Source of the DNA: a virus
Taxonomy: Duplodnaviria > Caudoviricetes
DNA length: 27,748 bases
IMG/VR virus record: IMGVR_UViG_3300020044_008861
Location: 1 to 27,748 of that record
Direction: 5' to 3' (one strand)
Numbering within the stretch: position 1 is the stretch's first letter; the number at the start of each line of letters is the position of its first letter. Below are positions 7,745 to 16,820 of the stretch, in pieces. Both the position numbers and the translations under genes were made by a program. Under the pieces are notes generated by a model, which saw only the letters and a list, made by a program, of their open reading frames with translations, had not been told where the DNA came from and ran no database searches.

Positions 7745-8023
7745 TCAGGGCAGGGTTGTCAAACTGTTATTTAAGCCGGGCTTGTCAGACTTCAAAACCC
7801 ACTGAGTCCAAGCTTCACCAAAGCCCTTATCAGGGCGAGCTTCCACTAGCCCCTTCTTCACAAGGGAGCGTAGCACAGCTGCGGCCTGACGCTTGGTATA
7901 GATAATGTCACTGTGGCCAGCTAGGTCATCCGTGACCGGATGGTTGGCGTAGGTGTCCCGGTGCTGCATCATCAGCTTAAGCATCAGGATTTCAGTGCTG
8001 GTGATGTTAATGGCTTTGGGCAT
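7745..8023 (-). CDS. Hypothetical protein, possibly winged-HTH
   Basis: KRQAAAVLRSLVKKGLVE resembles a wHTH recognition helix and wing start. Confidence 0.55.
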   Translation of the reverse strand: MPKAINITSTEILMLKLMMQHRDTYANHPVTDDLAGHSDIIYTKRQAAAVLRSLVKKGLVEARPDKGFGEAWTQWVLKSDKPGLNNSLTTLP

Positions 8024-8064
8024 AGCTAGGATGGCCTAGGAAGCGTTTTGATTGGCTGGCCGGG

Positions 8065-8616
8065 TTAGGACTGCACCCGGGCTTCAATCTCATCCCAAGC
8101 GGCAGCGTTGGCCTTATTCCTGCGGCCGGTGGCAGAAGTAGCCTTGGCCACAAAGCTGGCTTGCTTCCAAGACAGGGGGTAACGCACCAGCTGGTTAGCC
8201 AAGGAAGTGTGAAACTCAGTGTTTTTAGCCATCAGCATAGCCACCACATCAGCAAAACGCTCAGTTCGTTCAGCAATCTTGGCATCTTCAGCATCCTTCA
8301 AAGCCTTCAACTCATCCTTGAAAGCCTGACGCTTGGCATTGCGGGCGGCAATTTCCTCAGTGGTCTTCCGGTAGCGGATGCTATCAGCATCAACCCCAAT
8401 CTTCTCAGCACAGTCACTGCCAATGAAACGCTTACGGCCGTCTTCATCAAGGATGACAATGTGATGGGTGATGCCCATACCACACTGAGAGCAGCTGCCA
8501 CAGCCTTCAGGCAAAGCCCGGACAAGGTTGTTATAAAGCTCCGGGTTGTGTTCAGCAATGTGGGGCGAAGGGATGCTGAAGAAGCCAATTACCTGAGCGT
8601 TGCGGATGGATTTCAT
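8065..8616 (-). CDS. Hypothetical protein with a putative Zn-binding motif; first gene after the early promoter
   Basis: GSCSQCG...H...FIGSDCA followed by a charged helix. Confidence 0.7.
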   Translation of the reverse strand: MKSIRNAQVIGFFSIPSPHIAEHNPELYNNLVRALPEGCGSCSQCGMGITHHIVILDEDGRKRFIGSDCAEKIGVDADSIRYRKTTEEIAARNAKRQAFKDELKALKDAEDAKIAERTERFADVVAMLMAKNTEFHTSLANQLVRYPLSWKQASFVAKATSATGRRNKANAAAWDEIEARVQS

Positions 8617-8654
8617 AATCGTTTTATCTGGTTGGTGGTTGGTGGAACATCAGC

Positions 8655-8684
8655 AGACTAGGCCAGCCACCCTAGGTCAGTCAA
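8655..8684 (-). promoter_or_regulatory. sigma70-like early promoter
   Basis: TTGACT-18nt-TAGTCT on - strand, followed by an AC-rich leader into ORF 8616. Confidence 0.6.
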
Positions 8685-8703
8685 TCGTTTGATTGCTTGT
8701 CCG

Positions 8704-8728
8704 TTATAAACAGATTTTCTGTTTATAA
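8704..8728. promoter_or_regulatory. AT-rich palindrome, operator-like
   Basis: TTATAAACAGA-ttt-TCTGTTTATAA has perfect 11-bp arms, about 20 bp upstream of the -35. Confidence 0.6.
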
Positions 8729-8746
8729 TCACCAGCCCACCCTGAA

Positions 8747-8914
8747 TTAACCCTGCTTTGTGTAGTTTTTCCGCAGCTCTTGCCTAAGATGCTGCCGTTT
8801 CCGTAGCCATAACAGCTTGGCCAGCCGGTCAGCTAGGGGCTTGGCCTTGGCTTTCTTTGCCTTCCTGAGCAGGTCGGACAGGTCATCAATGGTAAGTCTA
8901 GGGGTGGACTTCAT
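8747..8914 (-). CDS. Small basic protein (55 aa; not in the ORF track)
   Basis: MKSTPRLTIDDLSDLLRKAKKAKAKPLADRLAKLLWLRKRQHLRQELRKNYTKQG*. Confidence 0.55.
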   Translation of the reverse strand: MKSTPRLTIDDLSDLLRKAKKAKAKPLADRLAKLLWLRKRQHLRQELRKNYTKQG

Positions 8915-8954
8915 ACCGGCCTAGGAAGCCAAGCCAGACCCCTGCAAGCAAGCC

Positions 8955-9299
8955 TTACTTGCCGCCCTTGCCCAAGGTCATCTTCCAACCCAACGCAGCT
9001 GCAATCATACAGCACCCCACCCCCAAGGCCAAACTCACATCCCGGCAGGTCAGCAGGGCTTGGGTGGCACTGTTCAAATTCCTTTCCAAGTTTTTATCAT
9101 CAGCCACAAAGGTCTGGCCGGGTGTGTCCGTTATCAGCAGTGCCATCACATTGGCAGACCGGATGCTGGTAAGGATGAAGTCAGCTGTGAGATAGACAGT
9201 GATTGCACACAGACCGGCAATGAAGATGCACCCAATGACAGCCAGCAGCAGGTTGGCCGGGTGCATCCCATAGGGTCTGGTTTCAGTGTCGGCCATCAC
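8955..9299 (-). CDS. Two-TM membrane protein of the lysis cluster
   Basis: Hydrophobic helices at both ends; ATGA overlap with the holin-like gene. Confidence 0.65.
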   Translation of the reverse strand: MMADTETRPYGMHPANLLLAVIGCIFIAGLCAITVYLTADFILTSIRSANVMALLITDTPGQTFVADDKNLERNLNSATQALLTCRDVSLALGVGCCMIAAALGWKMTLGKGGK

Positions 9300-9673
9300 T
9301 TAGTCTTCTTCTTTTTCTTAGGCTGCTTGGTGGCCTTGCTCAATCCCCTTTGTGCTTCCTGCACCTTGGACTTCATCTTGGCTTCAAGGAATTTTAGGCC
9401 ATAGTTTAAGATTTCCGGGCTGGCAAAACCGGCAATGCCACAGATGCAAACCCTAAGGTTTTCAGACTGCACATAGTCCTTGCTGGCGAAGTTAACGAAG
9501 TAGGCAGTGACCATAGCGGCAATGCCTGACCTGACTAGGTAGCCCCAACTAGGCCGGTCTGTGGACAAGAGCTGCCGGGCAACCATTGCAGACCCACCAA
9601 GGGCAGCGGAAATGACTCCCTGCTTCAAGGCTTCATCAGAAGTAACTGAGTCAAATGCCGGGGCTGCTGCCAT
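9296..9673 (-). CDS. Putative holin
   Basis: Three hydrophobic segments, GIAGFASPEIL, highly basic C-terminus KKKKKTK. Confidence 0.6.
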   Translation of the reverse strand: MAAAPAFDSVTSDEALKQGVISAALGGSAMVARQLLSTDRPSWGYLVRSGIAAMVTAYFVNFASKDYVQSENLRVCICGIAGFASPEILNYGLKFLEAKMKSKVQEAQRGLSKATKQPKKKKKTK

Positions 9674-10421
9674 TGTCTGTGTCCGTTACCTTTGCAGGTT
9701 CAGTCAACACCGGCACAGGCTTCAACCAACGATAGGTCTTCACACCCATAGCCAGCAAAGCTTGGAAGGCTGCCACAGACAGGGTGACCCCAATGACCCA
9801 AGGGAAATAACTGCTTTCAATGACCCAAGGCAGGGCTGCCGTCATAGCACCACCCAGCACCACCAGACCGGCAGACAGTTTGTTGACCCCAACCCAATGG
9901 CCGAAGGCCACCAGCAGGACACCAAGGGCAATCATCCCAGCACCTAGGCCGGTCAGGATGAGCAGACCCTTTTCCTTCCGGGCTGCCTCAAGCTCAATCT
10001 GCTTATCGTCACAGTGCTTCTTCAGTGCCGCAATCTCAGCCTGTGACTTCTTCTGCTCAGCTTCCATCTTCTGCCACAGGGCATCATTGTCAGCCTTCAT
10101 CTTCTTTCCGTAGGCCACAGCTTCAGCGTAAGCCTTGGGGTCACCGGCTGCACGCTGCCGGGCAAAGGCCAAATCCCCGGGCTGGGGGTTGGGCAAATAG
10201 GCCGCAGCCACGGACAGCTCAGCTTCCACCTTGTCGGGCTTCCCGGCAGTGTTGGCTTCCCTTGCCACCTGCACAGCAGAAGCCACCCGGCTATCAGCCT
10301 TGTCCAGCTTCTCACCCAGCACCTGTGCGGTCTGGGGCTGAGCTTCCGGCAAGGGGTCAGGCTTAACTTCCGGCTGACAGGATTGAAAGACAGCCAGCAC
10401 TGCAACCAAGGCCAGACGCAT
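9651..10421 (-). CDS. Lipoprotein with coiled coil and C-terminal TM helices (spanin-like)
   Basis: MRLALVAVLAVFQS-C signal/lipobox-like N-terminus, central coiled coil, three C-terminal hydrophobic helices. Confidence 0.6.
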   Translation of the reverse strand: MRLALVAVLAVFQSCQPEVKPDPLPEAQPQTAQVLGEKLDKADSRVASAVQVAREANTAGKPDKVEAELSVAAAYLPNPQPGDLAFARQRAAGDPKAYAEAVAYGKKMKADNDALWQKMEAEQKKSQAEIAALKKHCDDKQIELEAARKEKGLLILTGLGAGMIALGVLLVAFGHWVGVNKLSAGLVVLGGAMTAALPWVIESSYFPWVIGVTLSVAAFQALLAMGVKTYRWLKPVPVLTEPAKVTDTDNGSSPGI

Positions 10422-10425
10422 TGGC

Positions 10426-10563
10426 TTACTTCTTCAGGGCATCAATGGCAGCCTTGGCCTTGGCTTCAGCAGCCTGAAGCTTGGCCACATTGTTCCGGTA
10501 GATGGCAATGCCTGTGGCAGCACCAAGCAGGAAACAGACGAATGAAGAAATGATTAGGAACAT
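10426..10563 (-). CDS. Small single-TM protein (45 aa; not in the ORF track)
   Basis: MFLIISSFVCFLLGAATGIAIYRNNVAKLQAAEAKAKAAIDALKK*; fills the gap with 4-nt spacings. Confidence 0.75.
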   Translation of the reverse strand: MFLIISSFVCFLLGAATGIAIYRNNVAKLQAAEAKAKAAIDALKK

Positions 10564-10567
10564 AGGT

Positions 10568-10798
10568 TTATTGGTTGGTTATTTTGGTCAGAAGAAATTG
10601 CACCTGAGCTTCAAGCTCAGCAATCCGGTCAGCGTCAGTCTTGATGGGAGTGGGATGCAGTTGGCTTTCAATGAAAGCAATGATGCCTTCATCAGAAGCA
10701 GTAGGGTCAATGAAGATGACACCACCATTGGAAGCAGTGACTTTATCCCTGCCTTCATTTGTTTCCCAAGTGTTCCCTTGTGTGTCTGTGTAGGTCAT
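10568..10798 (-). CDS. Tail-fibre-associated small protein (possible chaperone)
   Basis: Follows the fibre gene; ends P...TDADRIAELEAQV coiled coil. Confidence 0.55.
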   Translation of the reverse strand: MTYTDTQGNTWETNEGRDKVTASNGGVIFIDPTASDEGIIAFIESQLHPTPIKTDADRIAELEAQVQFLLTKITNQ

Positions 10799-10802
10799 AA
10801 AA

Positions 10803-12404
10803 TCAGCAGAAGGTTAGGACATAGACAGCCCCATTAGCCCCAGCACCACCAGCACCGGAGGTATAGGCATTATCACTAGCAGAGCCACCCCCGCCACCAC
10901 CTGCTGGCCAGCCACCCTTGCCACCGGCCTGACCAATGCTGGCATTTCTATAGCCACCCCCGCCACCACCTGTGCCACCAAAATTGTAAGTGCCATCTAC
11001 CCCATTGCCAGCCGGGGTGGATGTGGCAGGGTTGCCGCCTGTGCCACCAGCAATGGCATTGATGATTGTGGACAGCACATCACCGGCAGCAGCTGTTTTG
11101 CCACCAGCGTTGCCGCCAACATTGTTGGTTAGGATTGTGGCTGATTGACCATTTCCACCACCACCACCGGTGGCAGAGAAATACAATTGGTAGGCGGTAT
11201 TAGACCCATTGGGTGCAGTCATTCCAATCTGACCAGCACCGGCTGTGTTTGGCAGTGTGCTACCCAAAACACCCCAAAAGGAATAAAAACCATTGGAAGT
11301 CATTGTGGCAGTAGAAGTGCGGCCGGGTGACCCACCATAGCCAAGGCCAGCTTGGTAATTTCCAAACTTGGAAGCAGTCCCAGCACCACCTGTAATGCCA
11401 AGGCTGTCATTGGTAGTGACACCCAAAGCACCAGCACCACCAGCACCCACAGTGACTGTGACAGTGGAAGGCAAATCTGCGGCATTAAGTAGGTTGATGA
11501 AGTAGCCACCACCAGACCCACCAGCACCACCACCCCGGGAAGTGCTGATTGAATACCTAGCCCCAGACCCACCCCCGCCACCCCCGCCAAACATAATCAG
11601 CAGGATGGTCTTAGCGTTGGCAGGTTTTGTCCAAGTGAAGTTTCCGGCAGTTGTGCTAGAGCCAAACACCTGAAGGTTAGCCCCACCACCACCACCGGCA
11701 GAAGGTGTAGCCCAAGTGACATTGTAATCTGTGCCATCAACCTTGGTGGCCACCTGACCGGCAGTGCCTCCGGCCGGAAGGCCAGCACCGGTATCACCCT
11801 TAACGCCTTGGATGCCCTGCAAGCCTTGGATGCCTTGGATGCCTTGTGCCCCGGTAGCTCCGGTAGCCCCTGTATCACCGGTGTCACCCTTATCACCCTT
11901 CAAGCCTTGGATACCCTGAATACCCTGTGCCCCGGTAGCCCCTGTAAGTCCGGTAGCTCCGGTGTCACCTGTATCCCCTTTATCACCCTTCAGACCTTGG
12001 ATGCCTTGGATGCCCTGCAAACCCTGTTCACCTGCATCACCCTTGTCACCTTTGATACCTTGGATACCCTGTGCCCCGGTAGCTCCGGTAGCCCCTGTGT
12101 CACCCTTGATGCCTTGGATGCCTTGCAACCCTTGGATGCCCTGCAATCCCTGCACGCCTTGCTGACCCCGGGGAATTGTGAAATTCAGCAGGGCAGCTGC
12201 GGCATTGCCAGCGTTGGTGATGATGACGGATGTGCCGGGTTCACCGGTGGTCACTGTCCCAACTTCGATAGTGGCGGCAGCACCCGGGGTGTTGGCCTGA
12301 GCTGTAAAGCTTTCCACCGGGGAAGGGACACCGGTGATGGCGGCATTGTTTGCCGTAAAGCTTCCAATGTTTACGGCACTGTTGAAGGTGGCGTTGAATT
12401 CCAT
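10803..12404 (-). CDS. Tail fibre with collagen-like triple helix and C-terminal glycine-rich domain
   Basis: [11 protein letters not shown]...LNFTIPRG, about 43 Gly-X-Y triplets, [23 protein letters not shown]...GGGGGGG...GANGAVYV. Confidence 0.85.
   Translation of the reverse strand: MEFNATFNSAVNIGSFTANNAAITGVPSPVESFTAQANTPGAAATIEVGTVTTGEPGTSVIITNAGNAAAALLNFTIPRGQQGVQGLQGIQGLQGIQGIKGDTGATGATGAQGIQGIKGDKGDAGEQGLQGIQGIQGLKGDKGDTGDTGATGLTGATGAQGIQGIQGLKGDKGDTGDTGATGATGAQGIQGIQGLQGIQGVKGDTGAGLPAGGTAGQVATKVDGTDYNVTWATPSAGGGGGANLQVFGSSTTAGNFTWTKPANAKTILLIMFGGGGGGGSGARYSISTSRGGGAGGSGGGYFINLLNAADLPSTVTVTVGAGGAGALGVTTNDSLGITGGAGTASKFGNYQAGLGYGGSPGRTSTATMTSNGFYSFWGVLGSTLPNTAGAGQIGMTAPNGSNTAYQLYFSATGGGGGNGQSATILTNNVGGNAGGKTAAAGDVLSTIINAIAGGTGGNPATSTPAGNGVDGTYNFGGTGGGGGGYRNASIGQAGGKGGWPAGGGGGGSASDNAYTSGAGGAGANGAVYVLTFC
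11785..12170 (-). repeat. Collagen-coding tandem repeats
   Basis: Recurring [22 protein letters not shown] units; 9-bp periodic motifs such as gatgccttg. Confidence 0.85.
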
Positions 12405-12406
12405 TG

Positions 12407-12709
12407 TTATTGGGTAACGCCTTCTGAGATTGTCACCAAGGTCTTAGGGAAAAACCACTTAACCTGACCGGCCTGAAGCTTCACATCAAAGACAGCCTGA
12501 CCAGCAGCCCAGCTTTCAGTGTCAGATGTAAGGGTGAAGCTCAGGTTGTCCACAGCCTTGGTCACAGTCAGGGTATGATAAGCCCGGCTGCTGTCCCTAA
12601 GACCTGATGTGATGGTGATGCCGGAAAGGTCAGCAGGGTCACCAGCACCCGGTGTATAACCATAGGTGATGGAGAATGTCCCCGGCTTGGTAACGATGAA
12701 GTCAGCCAT
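12407..12709 (-). CDS. Putative baseplate/fibre-attachment protein (BppU-N-like)
   Basis: [11 protein letters not shown]...T.SW..G.AVFDVK...VT C-terminus; directly upstream of the fibre gene. Confidence 0.5.
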   Translation of the reverse strand: MADFIVTKPGTFSITYGYTPGAGDPADLSGITITSGLRDSSRAYHTLTVTKAVDNLSFTLTSDTESWAAGQAVFDVKLQAGQVKWFFPKTLVTISEGVTQ

Positions 12710-12710
12710 T

Positions 12711-12920
12711 TTATTTCAGGTTAAGCTGGGCAATCTTGGCATCCACTTGGGCAAGCGTCCCAACAAAGGAAAGGTAGGAAGTGAAGTAACGCACAGGCTT
12801 GGTCACTGTGGCCTTAAGGATTACCTTTGTGCCATTGTGCAGCAGGACTGTCTGGCCGGTCTGAGCAGTCAGGTTATAGGGCTGGCCGTCAGCACCGGGC
12901 TGGGGAATGTTGGAAGGCAT
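12711..12920 (-). CDS. Hypothetical tail-region protein
   Basis: 69 aa, tightly packed between tail genes. Confidence 0.6.
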   Translation of the reverse strand: MPSNIPQPGADGQPYNLTAQTGQTVLLHNGTKVILKATVTKPVRYFTSYLSFVGTLAQVDAKIAQLNLK

Positions 12921-12924
12921 AAGA

Positions 12925-14676
12925 TTAAGGATAGTTGATGGGCTGTGTGCTGGTGATGGTCACGCCACCAATCACCATACGCACATAAAGATAATCAGTG
13001 CTAGTGGCAGATGTGGTGCTGAAGCTGGAAGCACTGCTTTGGGACAGGCCGGAAACATTGTCAGTGCCGGAGCTGGAATAAATCTGAAGATTACCACCAG
13101 CCATCAGGTTATTAAGGTGCTGATTGATTGGCTGGAAAGTCATTGTCCAAGCACTGCCTGTCCAATAAACATTGTGAATTGTGTGGGCTAGGCAGTCAGC
13201 CACATTTGCCATAGCAACGGCAGCAGTGGTCTGCACTGTGCTATCACTGAAGGTGATGCCGTTTGTGCCTACTGTGATGCCGCCACCGGCCGTGGAAGCA
13301 GACAGGTCAAGCCCGGTATCCCCAATGGTTACGCTACCACCTGACCCTGTGATGGTGATGGGGCTACCAATTGAACCACCATTGAAAGTGGTTTCAGCAA
13401 CCCAAGCACCATTGTTCCGGACATAGCTAGTGCCGTCTGTGGGTGCATCAGACAAGCCACCACCGGCAGCAATGGCGGCATCTGTCTCAGCCTTGCTATA
13501 AACATCAAGGGTAGTCCGGGCAGTGCTGGTGCTGGCTAGGTCTGACAGATTGTTGTCCTGACGCAAGTAGCGGCCATCACCGGTGGCCTGTGTCAGCACA
13601 GGGTCTAGGGTGACCGGATTAACAGCAGCTTCATCAATGACAGCTGACCGGATGGTGCAGGGGATTTGAAGCACTGTCTGATGGGCAGCACCATCAGAAA
13701 TTTCCACTTCCAATGTCGTTTCAAAAAAGTCAGCACCATCAAGGATGCTGATGGCGTTGGCAGTGTTCAGGTCAAGGTCACCTTCAAACCCGGCAAAGGA
13801 CAACAGGCCGGAGTCATCAACAGTCAGGCCACCGGTGTCAGGTTCAGCTGTAACAGCAATGTCATAGGCATAAGCCCCAACCTGCTGCACAGTCACCTTA
13901 TTTTCCAAGGCATCAATGCTAAGGGCATTTTGCACATCTAGGGCAGGGCTGCCAACGGCAATGGAGGAAGTGCTTACATCCGTCCCGGTGACGGCATCAA
14001 AGGCCAAGCTGAATGTGCCACCCTTGGGGTCAGGGCTGATGGATAGACGATAGACAGCCCGGCTGCCATCCCAAGCGGACAGGGTGCTGACTGTGGCTGA
14101 GCTGGCCGACAAAGCACTGAAGCTTGTGGCTAGGGCAGCGACATTCTGCTGAAGGTGGACAAGGACAATCTCAGGCTTAGTGCCGTCACCTTCCTGCAAG
14201 ACGCTGATGCCAACATTGCTAAGCGGGATAAGGGCAGAAGCATCACCGGTGAAAGCTCCCCGGCTGCCGTTGGTATTGAATTTGATGGCGTAGTTATCCC
14301 CAACCTTGCTGACTGTCACATCACCGGCCGCACCAATGCTGTTCAGCTGGTTAAGCCGGGTTTGCAGCAGTGCAGCTGTGATGTTGTAATCAAGGGCAAG
14401 GGTGGTATCCCCACCAAAGGTAAGGGTGAAGTGTCCGGCCGTAGGGCTGGCATCAATCTGACCAACTGCAACCCGGATGCCGGGTGTGCCAAGGCCAGCC
14501 ACTTCCTGCCGGGGGTATGTGCCTAGGCCGGTCTGCTCAATAAAGAAGATTTGCAGCTTGGCTAGGTCACCAAGGAAGAATGACGGATTGCTGACCGGGC
14601 TTGTGCTGGCAAAGGTTGGGTAGGCTAGGCCAGCCTTAACATCAATGAACAGCTTATGGGTGGTAGGTAGTGGCAT
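12925..14676 (-). CDS. Tail protein/fibre with an internal foldon-like motif
   Basis: Two G.FTL.F...T..I...A.(L/V)Q..L repeats, YLRQDNNLSDL..ART, DAPTDGTSYVRNNGAWV, GITFSDSTVQTTA. Confidence 0.7.
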   Translation of the reverse strand: MPLPTTHKLFIDVKAGLAYPTFASTSPVSNPSFFLGDLAKLQIFFIEQTGLGTYPRQEVAGLGTPGIRVAVGQIDASPTAGHFTLTFGGDTTLALDYNITAALLQTRLNQLNSIGAAGDVTVSKVGDNYAIKFNTNGSRGAFTGDASALIPLSNVGISVLQEGDGTKPEIVLVHLQQNVAALATSFSALSASSATVSTLSAWDGSRAVYRLSISPDPKGGTFSLAFDAVTGTDVSTSSIAVGSPALDVQNALSIDALENKVTVQQVGAYAYDIAVTAEPDTGGLTVDDSGLLSFAGFEGDLDLNTANAISILDGADFFETTLEVEISDGAAHQTVLQIPCTIRSAVIDEAAVNPVTLDPVLTQATGDGRYLRQDNNLSDLASTSTARTTLDVYSKAETDAAIAAGGGLSDAPTDGTSYVRNNGAWVAETTFNGGSIGSPITITGSGGSVTIGDTGLDLSASTAGGGITVGTNGITFSDSTVQTTAAVAMANVADCLAHTIHNVYWTGSAWTMTFQPINQHLNNLMAGGNLQIYSSSGTDNVSGLSQSSASSFSTTSATSTDYLYVRMVIGGVTITSTQPINYP

Positions 14677-14699
14677 TGGCTTCTATTAGTGCAATTTGG

Positions 14700-15617
14700 T
14701 CAAGCGTCAGCGTTTGGGTTAACGCTGGTAAGGATAACATCACCCCACCCCACCCAATAATCTTCAGCACCAAAGGCTGTGAAAGTCTGGGTGGGTAAGG
14801 GTAAGGGCACTGTGTTTTCAACATAATCAATGAAGTCCTGCTGGGTGACTGTGTGGGTGATTGCAACCTGTGTGGTTGTGATAGCCCCTAGCTGATACTC
14901 ATAATTTGTTCCGTTCCAGACCCAGCTGCCGGTGGCTTCATACTTCTGGACATAGCCGGTGTAAGTCTTGCCTACGGAAACAGTAGTGCCGGCATAGATG
15001 TATTTATCCACCACCTTTTCAACCGGTGGGACAGGGCTAGGTGGTGGGTAGGGTGTAGGTGGGCTGCTATTGGGGTCAGGGGAAGGCCAGCCATTGACCC
15101 CGGGGAAAGCCAACAGGCTGGGTGGCGGGATGTAGTTTTGATGCCACCGGTCAAACAATCCGCTAGCCGGCTGGGTTGGATACTCAGCGTAAATGGTAGG
15201 GCTAGGCAGCCGGTAGTCCGTAGAAATCCCACTGTCCGGGTGAAGGTTTTGGGAAGCTGTGCCGGCAAATGACCCATTGCCTAGCAGGAAATAATTGGAA
15301 GTGCTGCTATAAGTGTCTTCATCATAGACCAACGCAACAGCTGGGGAAGGTGCAATGCAGCTGTGCAGATGTGCCCAATAAAACCGGTATGACTTCCCAA
15401 TCTGAGCTGTCTGGCCGGCCGGGGTGTAGAGCTTCCAAGTGCGGATGCCACCCACTTCTTCTTCATTGGGCTTACCTGTCCCGCCTGTGTGCCGGTTAGA
15501 CTTCTCATAAACCAGCCCATTAAACTGAACAATCCCGGGCTGACCGGCTGCATCAGTCCACTTGGCCGGGACTGTGCTGCTAGCAGGATAGAAACCAGCT
15601 GGGTAAATTTCAGACAT
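14700..15617 (-). CDS. Putative virion/tail protein with a Pro-rich linker
   Basis: Position in the tail module; PSPDPNSSPPTPYPPPSPVPP; likely start MSEIY at 15617. Confidence 0.6.
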   Translation of the reverse strand: MSEIYPAGFYPASSTVPAKWTDAAGQPGIVQFNGLVYEKSNRHTGGTGKPNEEEVGGIRTWKLYTPAGQTAQIGKSYRFYWAHLHSCIAPSPAVALVYDEDTYSSTSNYFLLGNGSFAGTASQNLHPDSGISTDYRLPSPTIYAEYPTQPASGLFDRWHQNYIPPPSLLAFPGVNGWPSPDPNSSPPTPYPPPSPVPPVEKVVDKYIYAGTTVSVGKTYTGYVQKYEATGSWVWNGTNYEYQLGAITTTQVAITHTVTQQDFIDYVENTVPLPLPTQTFTAFGAEDYWVGWGDVILTSVNPNADA

Positions 15618-16083
15618 TGAACCAATAGAAGATTGCACCACTTAGCCCATAAGCTTGGCGGCCTACAATCAGACTTTGGCTGACACCCTGATTGATGTTC
15701 AGGCTATTTCCTGTCTTGGTAATGCTGGCAATGGCAAAATGGCCGGTGCTGCTGGTATCTGCTGGCACTGTGCTTGCAAATTCTATTGCCACTGTGGTTG
15801 GGAATACCTGACCACTAGACCGGGTAACTTTTACATAGACAGTGCCACTGCTGGAAATTGTGAGCTTAGGCCGGGTGGTAGCATCTAGGTAGCTACCGGA
15901 AATCTGAGGCATCACCCCATTGACTGTCCCCGGCCAGACGCTGATGGCAGGGCTGCCATTGTCAGGGTTGCTGTAAACTTCAAGCGGATGCCGTCTGCGG
16001 CCGGGCTGGTCAATGGACATAGACACCCCTTGGCTATCTGAGTTGAAGGTGTAGCCATCACCGGGCTGAAGCTTTTGGTTCAT
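15610..16083 (-). CDS. Putative tail tip protein
   Basis: LQPGDGY, V.PGTVNG motifs; synteny after the tape measure. Confidence 0.55.
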   Translation of the reverse strand: MNQKLQPGDGYTFNSDSQGVSMSIDQPGRRRHPLEVYSNPDNGSPAISVWPGTVNGVMPQISGSYLDATTRPKLTISSSGTVYVKVTRSSGQVFPTTVAIEFASTVPADTSSTGHFAIASITKTGNSLNINQGVSQSLIVGRQAYGLSGAIFYWFNV

Positions 16084-16817
16084 CAGTTATGGACTTCGTA
16101 GATAAGGCTATGCCAGCCACCTGTGGCCACCCGGAAGGTGAAGCGGACTTTGTAGATGTTGGCAAACTGTTCATAGGTCACAGCTGTAATCAAACCAAAC
16201 CTTAGGTGAAACTTGCTGACCGGCTTAAGGATTGGAGGGATAACCATAGCTTCAGCACCGGCAATGGTCTGAAAGCTTTTGCCAATCATCTTCTGATTGC
16301 TCAGCAGGATTTCCTTGCTGTTGGTGTAATAAGTCCCGGTGTATTGCAAATCAGGTGCAAGGTAGGACTTAACACCTACAAGGGCATTGGTGATGGCTTC
16401 AGCATTGGACTCAGGGAAGGTCTGTGTTGCCTCATCCCAGCCAAGGTCTTTCAGTGGTTTGCCTGTGCTACCGGCCGTATTTTGGTAGAAGTTAGGGTGG
16501 GTCTTAATGGGCTGGGTGCTAAGGGCTACATCACCTGTCACCTGAACCTTGGACATAGACCCTGAAGCAAGGCCAACATACTCAGCAGTTATTGTGGCAA
16601 TCTCACTTTCATTGATGACATAGGAAGCCCGGTGGCACAGCAACCGGCCGTCAACCGGGTGAGGGTCATTCTCTTTAGGCTTCTTCCCTTCAGCACTCCC
16701 GGCATCAATCTTGAAGGTCAGCCGGGAAGTCAGCAGACCAAAGCCATCATTTTCAATGACCCAGCCGGGTTGCAGCTGAAGGCTTGTCAGCTTGTTGCCT
16801 TTAGAAACTAGGGACAT
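16083..16817 (-). CDS. Putative distal tail/hub protein
   Basis: Immediately after the tape measure; DGFGLLT, QPIKTHPNF, GW...IY motifs. Confidence 0.55.
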   Translation of the reverse strand: MSLVSKGNKLTSLQLQPGWVIENDGFGLLTSRLTFKIDAGSAEGKKPKENDPHPVDGRLLCHRASYVINESEIATITAEYVGLASGSMSKVQVTGDVALSTQPIKTHPNFYQNTAGSTGKPLKDLGWDEATQTFPESNAEAITNALVGVKSYLAPDLQYTGTYYTNSKEILLSNQKMIGKSFQTIAGAEAMVIPPILKPVSKFHLRFGLITAVTYEQFANIYKVRFTFRVATGGWHSLIYEVHN

Positions 16818-16820
16818 AGG

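Noticed and set aside
10803-14676. Diversity-generating retroelement or invertible tail-fibre system
   Set aside because: No reverse transcriptase, invertase or TR/VR pair was seen; the repeats are explained by collagen and Gly-rich coding.
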